Translations under genes and position numbers: made by a program
Assembly: GCF_009914755.1 (NCBI RefSeq)
Contig: NC_060926.1
Source: the human T2T-CHM13v2.0 reference genome, Homo sapiens
DNA length: 64,000 nt
Reading direction: 5' to 3' (one strand)
In this document: piece after piece, positions 41,542 through 59,348 of the stretch
Layout: every line of letters starts with the position of its first letter
Numbering within the stretch: the first letter of the stretch is position 1
The notes under the pieces: model-generated
The model's database searches: none
What the model was told of the DNA's origin: nothing
What the model saw: only the letters and a program-made list of their open reading frames with translations

Positions 41542-42634
41542 AATTGAATTTTTATTTTGGAAGAACCATATACCTTTATACATATTCTTTCTATGACTTA
41601 TTTTCTGTAGTTGAAGTTCAAGGGTGTTTGACAGTGTGATGTGGTTATTGTTAACCTGTATGTGGGGGCATACAGATATGTTGTTTTACTTTTTCCCATA
41701 AGGCTAAGATCATCTCCAGAAATATTAATTTTTTAGACAGCGTGATTATAGTTATTTAATACTCATATTTATCAAAATATTATATGTTAAAACCAATAAC
41801 CATCTGAACTTATTTGAATATAGTTTTTCCTATTCTGTTCTTAGAAATTTCAGTCATTAACAATCTTTACACTTAGAAAGTGTTTTAATTTTACTTTGAT
41901 GACAGGAATAGTGTTTTTCTCAATGAAATATATAATAGCAGCTTATAAGTGATAACCGTTTTCATTCTGTTTTTAAGAGAAAATACTTTGGTCTTTTTTA
42001 CCATGATAGTTTAGTGTGTGATGTCATAAAAATGGGCTGTAGCCATTTAAATTCTTGTTCAAGTGCAGAAACTAAGAGACTTCAGTTTCTATTAAGCCAT
42101 GTCAACTCCTATTAGGAGACCTTTAGTGGTTCCAGTTCCAGGGCCTTCTTGAAGAAATTGTGATACTTGTGTAAGTATATCTAGAGTTTTCTTTCCAGCA
42201 TTGGCTAAGTCACATAGCTGAGAAATATGATACATGGAGAAGGTTGCTGACTGGATGAACTTTTCTACATTGAATACTTTAAATCTGGATTCTAGAATAA
42301 AATATATTGATGCATATTTGAGTTGTCAACTGTTTATGTCTTGTTCTTTTCAGCTTCAACATTGCTTTATGGCATGTGTGGTCGTTTTTCACTCCATTGT
42401 TGTTGTTTACCCAGTTTATGGGGGTTGTAATGTTTATCACACTCCTTGGATGATTTCCGAAGGTAAGATATCTGGAATGGTTTTTCTAAAAATGAACTCA
42501 TTGAAAAAATGTCTTTTATGACAATTTTCAGTGGATGGAGCTGTAACAGACTATTTGTGAATTATTTTCAGTCATGTTTACACCAGAGTTGTCCACACTA
42601 GAATTATCCATTCGTTGAACTCTGAGATAGACTC

Positions 42635-42846
42635 CTTTTTTTTGAGACAGTGTCTCACTCTGTTGTCCAGGCTGGAGTACAGTGGCATGATCACAGCTCA
42701 CTGCAGCCTTGACCACCTGGGGGCTCAAGCGATCCTCCCACCTTAGCTTCCCAAGGAGCTGGTATTACAAACATGTGCTATCACGCTTGGCTAATTTTTA
42801 AAAATTTTTTTGTAGAAACAGAGTCTCCTTATGTTGCCCAGGCTGG
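42635..42846 (-). mobile_element. AluJ-type SINE, partial
   Basis: Antisense Alu motifs. Confidence 0.88.
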
Positions 42847-44009
42847 CAGGGGTTGGGGGCTGAGACTCTTTCTTTTGTAAAAGTTGGTTCTAAGTGACTA
42901 CTTTTTAGAGAAGGTACCCTGCCTTTCAAAGACCTCATAAAGACAGGATTTGTACCTTCCAATATAGTTAAATTCACACATTAGACCATTTTATGTTGAA
43001 ATTATATTAATTTGTGTCCGCTTATATTCAATGACTGTTGGCTAGATCATTCTTAAGAAATGGGAATACAGGAAGAATGGACAATTTTACCCAACTGGGA
43101 AAAAAAATTCTACCATCTTCTAATTATTCTGACTTCCTCATAAAAATGTGTTGGATGACACAATCAGCTTTTGTTTGGTGTTATTTATAGAATTTCTGCC
43201 TCCCTACAGATCACCCCATCCTGAGATCTGCTGCCTTACACAGTGGAGGCTGTTTTCTGAGTGTCGGATAACTCTGTTATTAAATAAGTGCATATTGAGA
43301 ATACTCACTCCAGATGCTTAGAGGCATGTTGAGAAGGACAAAGATAGTGCCTCCTGTCAGGTCACTTACATCAGAACTTGCAGGAAACCTGCTTTATACA
43401 GCAGTTGACAGGTGTGGAAATTGAAGCTCATGGAAATGAAAGTTAATACACTAAATTTTCAAGGAGTTAATGAAAACTGACATTTCTGCTAAAAACAGCA
43501 TGTTCTCCCTGTGGGATTTTAAAGGAAGGTCAATGGTAACTGTACAAAGAAGAAATGGACATAGTCTCATTGTTAGCAGTCTGAAAATAGTTGCTAGCAC
43601 CTCCATGCCCACGCCAATGTCTCCAGCCTCCTTCAAGCACCTTGCTGTGTCTTGGAACCATTGGGAGCCCTCACAGGAGGCCCTTCGTTCCTGTATGCAT
43701 GTGGTGCCACAAGCTGCTTTGGGCCCGGAGGAATCCTACACATCTCAGAACACTTCCTCACCTGACCCTGTCACCCATCTCTCCCCTTCTCATGTGCTCA
43801 GCCCCTTCTTTGACTCTTGAATTTTGAGTTTTTACAGATGTTTGGGAGCTCTTACTCTGACATGAATTTATAATTGTAATGGAGACTCAGACAACGTTGT
43901 AGATCACAGAGTGAACTATGCTTTTTAGTGTTAAATGCAATAGCTTAAGATAGAATGTTTTACTTGTTACATAAATGCTGGTTTTCTTTCAGATTTAAGG
44001 ACATATACT

Positions 44010-44138
44010 TTATTTTTTTAAGAGATAGGGTCTTCTATGTTGTCCAGGCTGGCTTTGAACTCCTGGGATCAAGTGATCCTCCTGCCTCAGCCTTCGAAGT
44101 AGTTGGGACTACAGGCCCACGCCACCGTGCATGGCTGG
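44010..44138 (-). mobile_element. Alu monomer (FLAM-like) in the TMEM128 3'UTR exon
   Basis: agatagggtcttctatgttgtccaggctggctttgaactcctggg. Confidence 0.8.
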
Positions 44139-45047
44139 ACACGTAAATTTGAATTGAATGGTTAAACATCCAGCTAGCTGAAAGCATGGCAGACCCTAAC
44201 AGAAAAGCTACAGTGTGTTTTTGCAACTATGAAGTGAATGGTTTCCTGGGGAAAATTGTGACTTTGTATAACTATTTTTGAAACCAGAATAAATTATATT
44301 TCACTTGCATATTCTTAAATTATTAAAATTTTCAGAAGTCAGTGATACAGAAATACTATTTTGCAATGTTAATCTGTTTGAGTCTTTGGAGAAAGTGGTT
44401 TCATTGTAGGTACATGATGCACTCTTAATATTTTAAACAAATAGTTCACTCTTCCATTTAAGGGATATCAGTTCCTTGTATAAAATGACTGGATATGTAT
44501 AAAGCAATTATGTTGTCATGTGCCTTTAACCAGCTTTAGTAATTACTATAATCTCATATTTATGATAGTTTTGTTAGGTGACAGGACCAAATGAAAATAT
44601 TTTATGTTTTCCCATCACTTTAGATTTTATCATTGTGTAAATTACTGGGTTTTTAGCATTTCCTAATGTGAAGTTTTAATCATTTTTAAGTATACATATT
44701 TTTTTTCTGTACCATTTAAATAAAATATTTTTATAACTTTCTTGTGAGTTTTGTTCATGCAAACTTTGGAATGACTTCTGGTTTTTAGCTATTAGCACTT
44801 TGAATTAACCATAGAAATAACAAGGGCTAACTCTGTTCTTCAAAGACTTTATAAAGACAGTATTTGCACTTTCAAATGCAAATATATCTACATTAAATCT
44901 AAACAGCATAAGCATTGTGACAGAATGTACCTCATGTTGATTGTTTTCTCTGTAAGGTGACTTCTAGTAATGATTTGACTTAATCACCACTTGTGTCTGG
45001 TTCAGATCATACCCTGCCATTTACTAGCTGCAAGACCTTCAGTAGTA

Positions 45048-45213
45048 CAGGTTTAGTATCCCTAATTTCAAAATCTGAAACTTTTTGATTGCTGATATGG
45101 CACTCAAAGGAAATGCTCATTGGAGCATTTCGGGTTTTGGAATACAATGCAAATATTCCAAAATCCAAAACACTTCTGGTCCCAAGCATTTCAGAGAAGG
45201 GGTAGTCAACCTG
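45048..45213. mobile_element. Tigger4/MER46-type DNA transposon MITE inserted in a MIR (~44995-45340)
   Basis: ta|caggtttagtatccct ... aggggtagtcaacctg|ta imperfect TIRs with TA TSD. Confidence 0.8.
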
Positions 45214-45854
45214 TAATCTTTTTTCAGCTGTGAAGTGGGAACAATATCTGTCTTGTAGGGTTGTGGGTAATAGTAATAATGTTTGTAAAACACCAATTAC
45301 AGTGCCTGACACAGTAGGTGTCCACTCAATAAATGGTAATGGAGAGGGAAAGAAAGGGAAAGCAGAATCTAGGATCAGGAATATCACATCCCGTCATGAT
45401 GTTTGCAAAGGGGAAAGTCAGGCATGATGAGTAGACAGAAGTAAACCCAGTTTGTTGTCATGGGTATGTGAAGGTGTGGCGAGAGTGTCATTTAAAATAG
45501 GGAGCAAGGCCAGGCAAAGGCCACAATCAGGCAGCCGAATCAGGCAGTGATGAATCAGGCAGTGATGTGAGGGTCCGGCACAACCGAGGCAGCAGCCCGG
45601 GAAGGGAGGGCATTTGGATCACACTCCCTGGAGGGAGCTTGGGTGGAGAGTACCCCAGTGTCAGCCTTCACACATTTTATATCTTTTTTTTTTCTTGAAG
45701 AGTATGTTTACAACCTGGATAGAAATCTAAGGCTGGCATGTGTTTAAAACAATTAGTTAAAACCCAGTTTCCCAAGAGCTAATAACTGGCCAATTAGGAC
45801 GGTATGAAGATTGTCCTATTACTTAAAAAAAAGACTTTTTGAGACAGAGTCTTT

Positions 45855-47003
45855 AACTTGTCATAACATGTCTGAACAGGATCTAGTTTGAGACACTAAG
45901 GAGGATAAGACATCAGTTTGAAAAGAGACCACATCAGTGCAACATTAATTCTGCTAAAATCGAAGCAAGAACAAACATCAATTTATTATGAAGCTTGGGT
46001 GAAAAATGGTAAAATCACTAATGCTTCATGAAAAGTTTATGGGAACAATGCCCCAAAGAAATCAACAGCTTACAAATGAATAACTTGTTTTAAGAAGGTA
46101 TGAGATGATGTTGAAGAGGAAGCCCTCAGTGAGAGACCCTACACACGAATCTTTGAGGAAAAAATTCATCTTGTTTTTGCCCTAATCAAAGAGGACTGAT
46201 GATTAATAGCAGTTAACAATAGCAGAAACAATAGACAGTGTCATAGACGTCAAATTGGTTCAGGTTACACAATTCTGACTGAAAGCCAACTTTGCACTTG
46301 ATGGGTGCCAAAACTGTTGTGCCCAGATCAGTTGCAAACAACAGCAGAGCTTTCAATGGAAATTTAAACAGTGGGATCAAGATCCTGAAGCATTTGTTCG
46401 AAAAGTTGCAACAAGTTATGAAACATGGATTTTGTAGTACTATCCTGAAGACAGCACAATCAAAGCAATGGCTACCAAGAAGTGGAAGTGGGTCAGTCAA
46501 AGCAAAAGCAGACCAGTCAAGAGCACAACTCATAGCAACAGTATTTTGGGGCTCAAGGCACTTTCCTTGTTGACTTTCAGGAGGACCAAAGAATGGTAAC
46601 ATCTGCTTATTATGAGAGGGTTTTGAGAAAGTTACCCAAAGCTTTAGCAGAAAATTCTTGGGAAAACTTCAGCAGAGTCCTCCTCCACCATGACAATGCT
46701 TCTGGTTATTCCTGTCATCAAGGGCAATTTTGGGAGAATTTTGATGGGAAATCATTACAGTCCTGATTTGGCTCCTCCTAACTTCTTTTTGTTTCATAAT
46801 CTTAATCTGTAAAGGATACTCTTTTCAGTTAATGTGTAAAAGACTGCATTGATATGGTTAAATTCTCAGGACCTTCAGTTCCTTAGGGATGGGCTAAATG
46901 GCTGTAGCATGACTTATAGAAGAAGTGTCTTGAACTTGATGGAGCTTATGTTGAGACATAAAGTTTATATTTTCAATTCATTTTTTCCAAGTTTTGAAGT
47001 CCA
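45855..47003 (+). mobile_element. HSMAR2 mariner transposon, near full-length transposase pseudogene
   Basis: Broken frames read NSAKIEARTNI, KVYGNNAPKKS, AQSKQWLPRSGSGSVKAKAD, VLLHHDNA, YSPDLAP, CLELDGAYVE, all HSMAR2 transposase motifs. Confidence 0.92.
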
Positions 47004-47004
47004 A

Positions 47005-48105
<1,101 letters not shown>

Positions 48106-48124
48106 ATTTGTGTGTTATAGATTT

Positions 48125-48556
48125 AATTTTTCTCACCAGAAGATCTGTTGAAATCTTAACCCCTGGTACCTCTGATTGTGGCCCTATTTGGAAATGGAGT
48201 CTTTGTAGATTTAATTAAGATGTAAATTACAATGAAGTCATACTGGAGTAGGTTGGGCCCTTAACCCATTATGACTGGTGTCTTTATAAGAAGAGGAAAA
48301 GAGACACAGATACAAAGGAAAGATGGTCAAGTGACAACAGAGGCAAAGATTGGAGTGATACAGCCACAAGCCAAGGAATGCTAGGGGTTGCCAGCAACCA
48401 GTAGAAACTGGAAGAGGCTGGCGATGACCCCCCATTGGAGCCTTCAGAGGGAACTTGGCTCTTCTGACATCTAGATTTTGGACTGCTGGCCTCCCAAACT
48501 GTGAGAGAATAAATTTTCATTGTTTTGAAGCCACCCCGTTAGTGGCACTTTGTTAG
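48125..48556 (+). mobile_element. MaLR LTR (MLT1B/C-like)
   Basis: tgttgaaatcttaacccc...tatttggaaat...gactggtgtctttataagaagagg...aactgtgagagaataaatttt. Confidence 0.85.
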
Positions 48557-48568
48557 ACCCACCCACTT

Positions 48569-48959
<391 letters not shown>

Positions 48960-49064
48960 CTAATTGCCCCTTGGGACCTTCTATTATCTCTGGCAGTTGA
49001 GAGTGCCAGTGGGCCTCTGGCCTTGTGAAATCCTGTCAGCTTCACTGGAAGAAGGGAGCTCATG

Positions 49065-49748
49065 TGATCATTAAAAAGGAAACAATAGGTGCTGGAGAGG
49101 ATGTGGAGAAATAGGAACGCTTTTACACTGTTGGTGGGAGTGTAAACTAGTTCAACCATTGTGGAAAACCATGTGGTGATTCCTCAAGGATCTAGAACTA
49201 GAAATACCATTTGACCCAGCGATCCCATTACTGGGTATATGCCCAAAGGACTATAAATCATTCTACTATAAAGACACATACACATGTATGATTATGGCAG
49301 CACTATTCACAATAGCAAAGACTTGGAACCAACCCAAATGTCCATCAATGATAGACTGGATTAAGAAAATATGGCACATATACACCATGGAATACTATGC
49401 AGCCATAAAAAGGATGAGTTCATGTCGTTTGTAGGGACATGGATGAAACTGGAAACCATAATTCTGAGCAAACTATCGCAAGGACACAAAACCAAACACT
49501 GCATGTTCTCACTCATAGGTGGGAATTGAACAATGAGAACACTTGGACACAGGATGGGGAACATCACACACTGGGGCCTGTCATGGGGTGGGGGGAAGGG
49601 GGAGGGATAGCATTAAAAGAAATACCTAATGTAGATGACGAATTAATGGGTGCAGCACACCACCATGGCACATATATACATATGTAACAAACCTGCATGT
49701 TGTGCACATGTACCCTAGAACTTAAAGTATTAAAAAAAAAAAAAGAAA
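49065..49748 (+). mobile_element. 5'-truncated L1PA 3' end
   Basis: L1PA ORF2 end/3'UTR, A tail, imperfect TSD aagaagggag..catg. Confidence 0.92.
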
Positions 49749-49862
49749 AGAAGGGAGTCCATGCCCGAGGGCACCATGCCTCCCTGTCCATCTGCGTGGT
49801 ACTGAATCATCACTGGGAAGCAGCTGCCTGGTCAGGACGTTTCCAGCTTTTACACTGATTGA

Positions 49863-50377
<515 letters not shown>

Positions 50378-50459
50378 TAACATTGTCTTGAGATTACAAT
50401 AAAGGGGGCTGACTTTAGCCTCCAGAAACTTTCATTTCATTGCTTCTTAAAAAAATGCA

Positions 50460-50840
<381 letters not shown>

Positions 50841-51169
50841 TTATCTTTGTACTCAATGGGTTAAGGTACTGCTAGCTGCTGTAACATTTCAGACTTTGGT
50901 GGCTTAGCACAATGGAAGTTTATTTCTCACTGATGTAAGGTCCAGCTTCGGGAGGAAAAGCCGCCTCACTAGTCACTGGGGAGACACGCAGACAGGCTCT
51001 TCCATCTTCAGCTCAGCCTCCCAGGTTGCTCTGGCTGTTGGTAGGAAGAGGAGGGGAGAAGGTGGAAGATTCCCAGTAGGTTTGCTGGATCCTCTCTCTG
51101 GACTGCCTTTCCAGACCCCTGCTCCCTTCCGCCTGGCCATCCACTCCTAAGCCTAAAGAATGTGCAGGA

Positions 51170-51492
51170 GGCTGGACGTGGTAGCTGGAGCCTGTAATCC
51201 CAGTGCTTTGGGAGGCTGAGGTAGGAGGAAGGCTTGAGCCCAGGAGTTTGAGATCAACCTGAGCAACACAGCGAGACCCCTGTCTCTACAAAAAACAATT
51301 TTAAAAAAATGAGCCAGGCGTGGTAGCACACACCTGTAGTCCCAGCTATTCGGGAGGCTGAGGTGGGAGGAGCACTTGAGCCCCAGAGTTCGAGGCTGTA
51401 GTGAGCTATTATCACACCACTTCATTCCAGCCTGGGAGACATAGGGAGGCCCTGTCCTTATTAAAAGATAAAAATAAAATAAAGAAAGAAAG
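51170..51492 (+). mobile_element. AluJ-type SINE
   Basis: gcttgagcccaggagtttgagatcaacctgagcaacacagcgagaccc. Confidence 0.9.
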
Positions 51493-52349
51493 AAGACTGT
51501 GCAGGTGTTGCCTCCTCCCTGAACCTCGCAGCCTTCCTGCAGACCTGGGCTCCTCCCAGGCCCCTGGTGGTAGCCCTGCTCAAGGGTGCTGTGCTGCTTA
51601 CTCTGTCCCCACCCCCAAGGTCTTAGAAGTTGAGGGCTAAGTCTCACAGGTCACGCTCCCCAGCTTCCCAGTCAAGGCTCATTAGCTGTTTGTTTATTGC
51701 TGTTTCTCTGCCTGAACATCAGCTCCACCTGAACAGAGCCTTTCATAGCTGAAACCCCAGCGCCTACAACAGAGACCAGCAAATGATTCACATGTCAACA
51801 CATACATGTGTGTTGATCAAATGAATGAATGCATGAATTGGAAGAATGATGGCGGCAAGGCAAGGTCCCTCAGGTTGACTTCTTGCCGGCCCAGGACTCC
51901 CCACCCCTCCTTTACTAGTCAGGACCTGCTATTGCAATTTGCTGCGCTTAGCACAAAACAAAAACCTGGGCCTTCTTGTTCAAAAATTAAGAATTTCAAG
52001 ACTGCAAGAGCCTTAAACCAAGAGGGAGAGGGTGTCTTCCGGGGCCCAGCCCCGGGCTGCTGCATGGTGGGATGGGGGCTCGCTCCCAACTCCCCTCTCC
52101 AACCTGCAGCTGGGGGGCTGGGGTCCACCGCCTCCTGTCAGCCACGCCCGACCGGTAGAACGCTCTTCTGCAGAAACTTCCCAGACCTCCACTTAATGGC
52201 ACCCAAGCAGGGCACCCTGGCAGACACAGTCTCCTTCCGGGAGCAGGCAGGTGCAAGGCAGGCACCGGGGCTTTGGAAGGGGCTGGTGGAGATGCTTGGG
52301 TGCCGGTAGCCCCAGGGCAGACCCTGGGGCCTCCCTCATTCCAGCTCCT

Positions 52350-53800
52350 CTGCGTCCAGAATGGCTGCCGCTCCTTTGGGGGAGGGTGCGGGATGGTCTC
52401 TTTTCTTAGAAAGTGGCTCAGGTCTTATTCTGCGCCTGGGCATCTCGCAGCCGACACACAGGCACACCAGATGGACAAACAGAAAAACCCACAGAAGGCG
52501 GCCCCTCCCCCAATTCAGAGAGCCAGTGACTGGCACTCCTCCACCCCTAACCAGACACACCCGAAAACAGACGGCCAGACACAGAGTGACCCGCACAGAG
52601 AAGACAATACAGAAATACGCAGGGACAAGGACAGACCATCGGACGCTCGGACACGGACCCAGGCAGGATCACCTGGACCTCTGGGTTCCCCAACGGAGAC
52701 CCTCGGGGAAGGCCCGGAGCATCGCACGCCCCTGTGGAGCCCCGTGCGCCCCACTTGGCAGCAGCCACGCCCCCCGTGCACACCCCACTTCGGGCTGGCT
52801 CTGGAAGACCCCCTCTCCCCAGCCCCGCAACCCCGGGACTCTGGGAGGCATCTCTCGTCACCCAGCGTTTCTGGGGCGCCCGGACAGGGGCTGGGTGGGT
52901 GGGCGTCGGCGCAGGGGTGAGGGCTGCAGACGGTGGGCGGGGGCCGGGCGCGCGGGCGGAGGTGCGGGAGGACGCGCTAGTGTTGGGGCAGGGCTGGCCA
53001 GTGTCCCAGGGATCAGGAGGGGGGAGCGGTCCGCGTGGGTCCCGGAGGGGACAGATGGCTGCCCCGGGCGTTGCCCAGTGAGGGGCAGTGGGCAAGGGAG
53101 CTCTTAGAATCCCGGGTCAGCGGGGTGGGGCGCTGGGTAAGTGGACAGGGTGGTACCTTGACTGAGGACGAAGGGGCAGAAGAGGGGAGGGCGGGCGTCG
53201 GGAAGTGACAGGAGACGGGGCAGGTTGTCGGGGGCGTGGGGTAGGAATCGGAGGGGAGTTGAAAAGGGGGGTGCTGGTTGGCAGAGGCGTCGGGGCAAGG
53301 ACAGGAGCCAGGAGCGCAGGCGGGGCCCGACGGCAGCCACCCCCGGGGCCAGACTTGGCGCGGGTGTCTTGAAGATGCTTGAGGGCCTGGGGTCGCCCGC
53401 CTGGCCCCGGGCAGCTGCGAGCGCCTCAGTCGCGGGGTCATCGGGGCCCGCGGCCTGCCCGCCTCCCTCGCCGTCGGCCCCGAGGTCCCCGGAGTCCCCG
53501 GCCCCCCGGAGGGGCGGTGTGCGCGCCAGCGTCCCACAGAAGCTGGCCGAGATGCCGAGCAGCCAGTATGGGCTGATCGTGTTCGTGGCGGGGCTGCTGC
53601 TGCTGCTGGCCTGGGCCGTGCACGCCGCGGGCGTGAGCAAGAGCGACCTGCTGTGCTTCCTGACGGCGCTCATGCTGCTGCAGATGCTGTGGTACGTGGG
53701 CCGCAGCTCCGCGCACCGCCGCCTCTTCCGCCTCAAGGACACGCACGCCGGCGCCGGCTGGCTGCACCGGCTGGTGAGTCCAGGCACCGGGCAAGCGGGT
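52350..53800 (+). promoter_or_regulatory. CpG island / promoter region of the OTOP1 paralog
   Basis: High GC and CpG density; GC boxes (gggcgg at ~52935, ~53189) upstream of the ATG. Confidence 0.7.
53375..53773 (+). pseudogene. OTOP1: Otopetrin-1 proton channel exon 1 paralog (unprocessed duplicate, probably non-functional)
   Basis: ATG at 53375 gives MLEGLGSPAWPRAAASASVAGSSGPAA...VPQKLAEMPSSQYGLIVFVAGLLLLLAWAVHAAGVSKSDLLCFLTALMLLQMLWYVGRSSAHRRLFRLKDTHAGAGWL, the OTOP1 N-terminus; donor ctg|gtgagt at 53773/4; lacks LLW relative to the recalled reference; exon 2 not seen in window. Confidence 0.93.
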
Positions 53801-54616
53801 CTCTGCCTCCTTGCCTGCTGGCTGCATCCTGAGACGGCTCTGCCCCCTTCCTACCACTGCCGTCTTCCCTTCAGCCTTTTCTGCCTTGGTCTCTCTGTGC
53901 ATCTTTCCTAGCTTTCCTATCTGCCCTTCCTTCTTTCCTCTCTCTCTCTCTCTCTCTGAAGCCTGGGTCGCCGCGGGAGCCTCCTCTCCGCCTCCAGACG
54001 CTTCCATCATTACAGCCACAGTTACAGAAACCTCTCCTGTCCTTCCCTGGCTTAAAGCCATACAGTGGCCCTACTGACCCCATGATGGAGGTCACGTTCC
54101 CTCTCCTGACACTCAGAGCCTTCTAGCACCCGGCCCCCGAGGGCCCGTTTCCTTTGATCCCCTCCTTTGTTCTCATCCTATGCTGGGGTCATTCTCGAGG
54201 ACTTTCTCTCCCGTCGCAGGATCTCTGCCTCTGCACATTCAGCACCTTTGGTTCCCTCCTCCAGGAATGTCTTTTCCACTCTCCCACCTGCCCCTCTGCT
54301 TTCCGAGACAGGCCTCAGGCCTCACCCCATTCTCCCCGCGAAGCTTCTCCGACCCCCTTCTCTTCCCCGCTTTGCAGGTCTGACCGCACGCTCCCAGCCC
54401 GCACTGGGTTCCAGTGTTCTTGTCCACATGTCTGTACCCTCCACTCCACTGGGGAGCTCTGTGATCCCTGTCTCTCGGTCCTAGAGCCACCTCAGGGCCT
54501 GGGCACAAGTGGGTTTTGAGAAAATGAGGGGGGATGAATGATGTAATGAATGCGTGGATACAGGGTGGGGCAGAGAGGGATAGAGGCTCCTGCTGGTACT
54601 CACGGGCATTGGCTGA

Positions 54617-54983
<367 letters not shown>

Positions 54984-55749
54984 TGGGGTTGCCAGTCTTG
55001 AATGGGAGACAGACATGGTGCAGGTGAAAGGGAGGAGGCCGTGGGGAGCATGCTTGTGAAGAAAGCTTCTGTCTGAGTCACCTTCCCAGGAGAAGCCGAC
55101 TGCATTTCACACCACGTGGTCCAGACACATCACACATTGCCACTTGCATTCTCATATTAGACCTGAATTTAAATCTCCATTAGAGTGGGGCTTCCGTGTT
55201 CCTTGCATGCATGACCTCGGGCAAGTTACTTGATTGCCTTCCTTACCCTGAACCCTGGTGTCGGCATCTGTAGAATGGGGATCTCACACTGGATAGGATC
55301 CAGTGATTGATGAGGTGGCTGCCCAGCACACACTAGGCCTCCTTTCTGCACTTCTTTCAAAGGTCCTGGCCAGATGCCACCTTCTTCACAAATGCCTGGC
55401 AGGAATTACTCCTCACTTCCATGGGCCACCATGGCCCTCCTTCTGTAAAGCTCTTTTGGTCCTTGTCTGTTTCTGCCTTGTATTATGACTGTTGAATATT
55501 AGCCTTATCATCCAGAAGAGATTTTAGACTTCTTAGGCTCAGGGACTGGATCTAGTTCATCTTGCTTTTGGGGAAATTTGACACCATTGCAGGGTGGCCC
55601 AAATTCCTGTTCTGAAATTGGTTGTTTTAGGGAAGTTAATGGTTTTGTGACTCTGTGAATGACAGTGAATCTGGTGCTATTTAAAACAAGGCACTAAGTG
55701 TTATTTTAGGATATTGACTTACACAGGCTAAAAAGTATTATACACATGA

Positions 55750-56822
<1,073 letters not shown>

Positions 56823-56904
56823 GAATGCTCTTCTTTATATTGAAGTGCAGTTAACTTCCCAGAACCATCATCCTCTTCCCTGGAGCTTCTATCATCATTC
56901 ACTT

Positions 56905-57000
56905 ATTTATCCACCATGCATCCATCCACCCATCCACACTTATTCATCATCCATCCATCCATCCATCCATCCATCCATCCATCTGTCCATCCATCCATCT
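56905..57000. repeat. (TCCA)n simple repeat
   Basis: atccatccatccatcc. Confidence 0.9.
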
Positions 57001-58438
57001 GTGTTTTTTTGTTCTTCCTCTCTCTCTGCCTCCTTTCAGGTTGACTCCGAGCATTGGCGCCTGAGTCTATGGGTGAATGGTTGCACCATTTCCCAAGATT
57101 GGGAAGCCAAAGGGAAGAGCAGGGTGGGGACACAAAACCAATGACATGTTACAGTTCTCTTATGGACATGCTACATTTGAGGTGTCTTTGGGACACTAAG
57201 TAGAGAGGGAATAAATGGGCAAGGTAGAGAGAGCACGTGATAGGTGTTCAGTAGGTGGTAGCTGTTTAGACATTCAGTGAGTTGCCCCATAATAATGTAA
57301 TTCAAGTGAGGTGTGTGTATCATGGAAATGGTGTTGGCTCTGGAGGGCTTGGCTTGAGGTCTCAGCTCTGTCACCTTCACCTTTCTGAGTTCTGCTTTCC
57401 TCATCAGTAAGATAAGAATCCCAGTCGACTCTCTGGGAGGAGCTGGGGGATGTTGAGAGAAGCAGTTTGCAAAGCCCTGGCCATTCCTGTGGGTTCCTCA
57501 AAGAAGCAAGAAGCTAATTATTAGTGTCGAGAGGCCCCGATGCCAAAAGGAAGCACCTTCAGCCCCAACAGGGACTGGGGTTTCCTCTGGAATTCTAGCT
57601 GGAAAGACAGGTTTGACCCGGGAACTCAGCTCTGCCCTGGTGTTGGTGACAATCTTAGATCAATAGGCAGAGGGCAAGTCCCTCAGGAAAAAGACCAGTG
57701 ATCCTCAAGATCCATTCTGGGGCCACTATGAGGGTCTTGCTTAACTGCATGCGTTTTCTTACTTATTTCTTTTCTTAGATGATATTTCTGGTCCAATGGA
57801 AAATATAGACATAGTGTCACGATTTCAACACAAACAAGCGAATGTGGCTGCCAAAAAATCAGATGCAGGCTTGGCTTTCATTGGAAAGGAAATCAGACTG
57901 TGTGTGGAGGGTCTCATCCTCCTTGAGCATTTCACAGGCCCTTGGAAAGAGTGGCGGCAGGAGGAGCAAAAGGAGGTTCAGTCCAGAAGAGAGAAGGATG
58001 CGGAGGTCACAGGGTAGAAAGTGCTGCTGCCTTGCACCTGTCAGCTCCAGGCCATCCTCTGTCTTTCAGCAAGTAAGAGTCATTTCCTCTGGGAAGCCTC
58101 TCCCGATAGTTTCAGACCAGGGGCAGCCCCCATGTTGTATGGTCTCATAGCACTCTTCATTTTCTTTCTAGCACTAATCAAGCAGGATATTGTATTATTC
58201 AGTGACTGTTGGGGTAGCCAGACTGAGCCCCTAAAGGCAGAGACCCTGTCTGAATGTGCTTACCATTGTATCCCGAGCTCCTGGCACAGTGCCTAACATG
58301 TAGTAAATGCCAATTCGTAGCTACTGAATAATTGAATGATTGAATGATTGGGTGGATGGATGGATGACTAGATGGGTGGATGAATAAGTGAATGATGATA
58401 GAAGCTCCAGGGAAGAAGATGATAGTTCTGGGAAGTCA

Positions 58439-59348
<910 letters not shown>

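Larger units (their letters stand above)
42354..44740 (+). pseudogene. TMEM128: Partial unprocessed duplicate of TMEM128: last coding exon (42354-42462) plus 3'UTR exon
   Basis: ttcttttcag| then (C)[32 protein letters not shown] (stop 42451-42453), the TMEM128 C-terminus; donor aag|gtaaga at 42462/3; candidate acceptors at 43992 or 44022; AATAAA at 44288 and 44719; no upstream TMEM128 exons found. Confidence 0.88.

Noticed and set aside
53225-53374. N-terminal extension of the 228-aa ORF
   Set aside because: Starts at a non-ATG codon; similarity to OTOP1 begins at ATG 53375
57796-58017. 73-aa ORF with exon-like borders as OTOP1 exon 2
   Set aside because: No resemblance to the OTOP1 continuation (SITLFAVIT...); part resembles a CR1/L3 fragment
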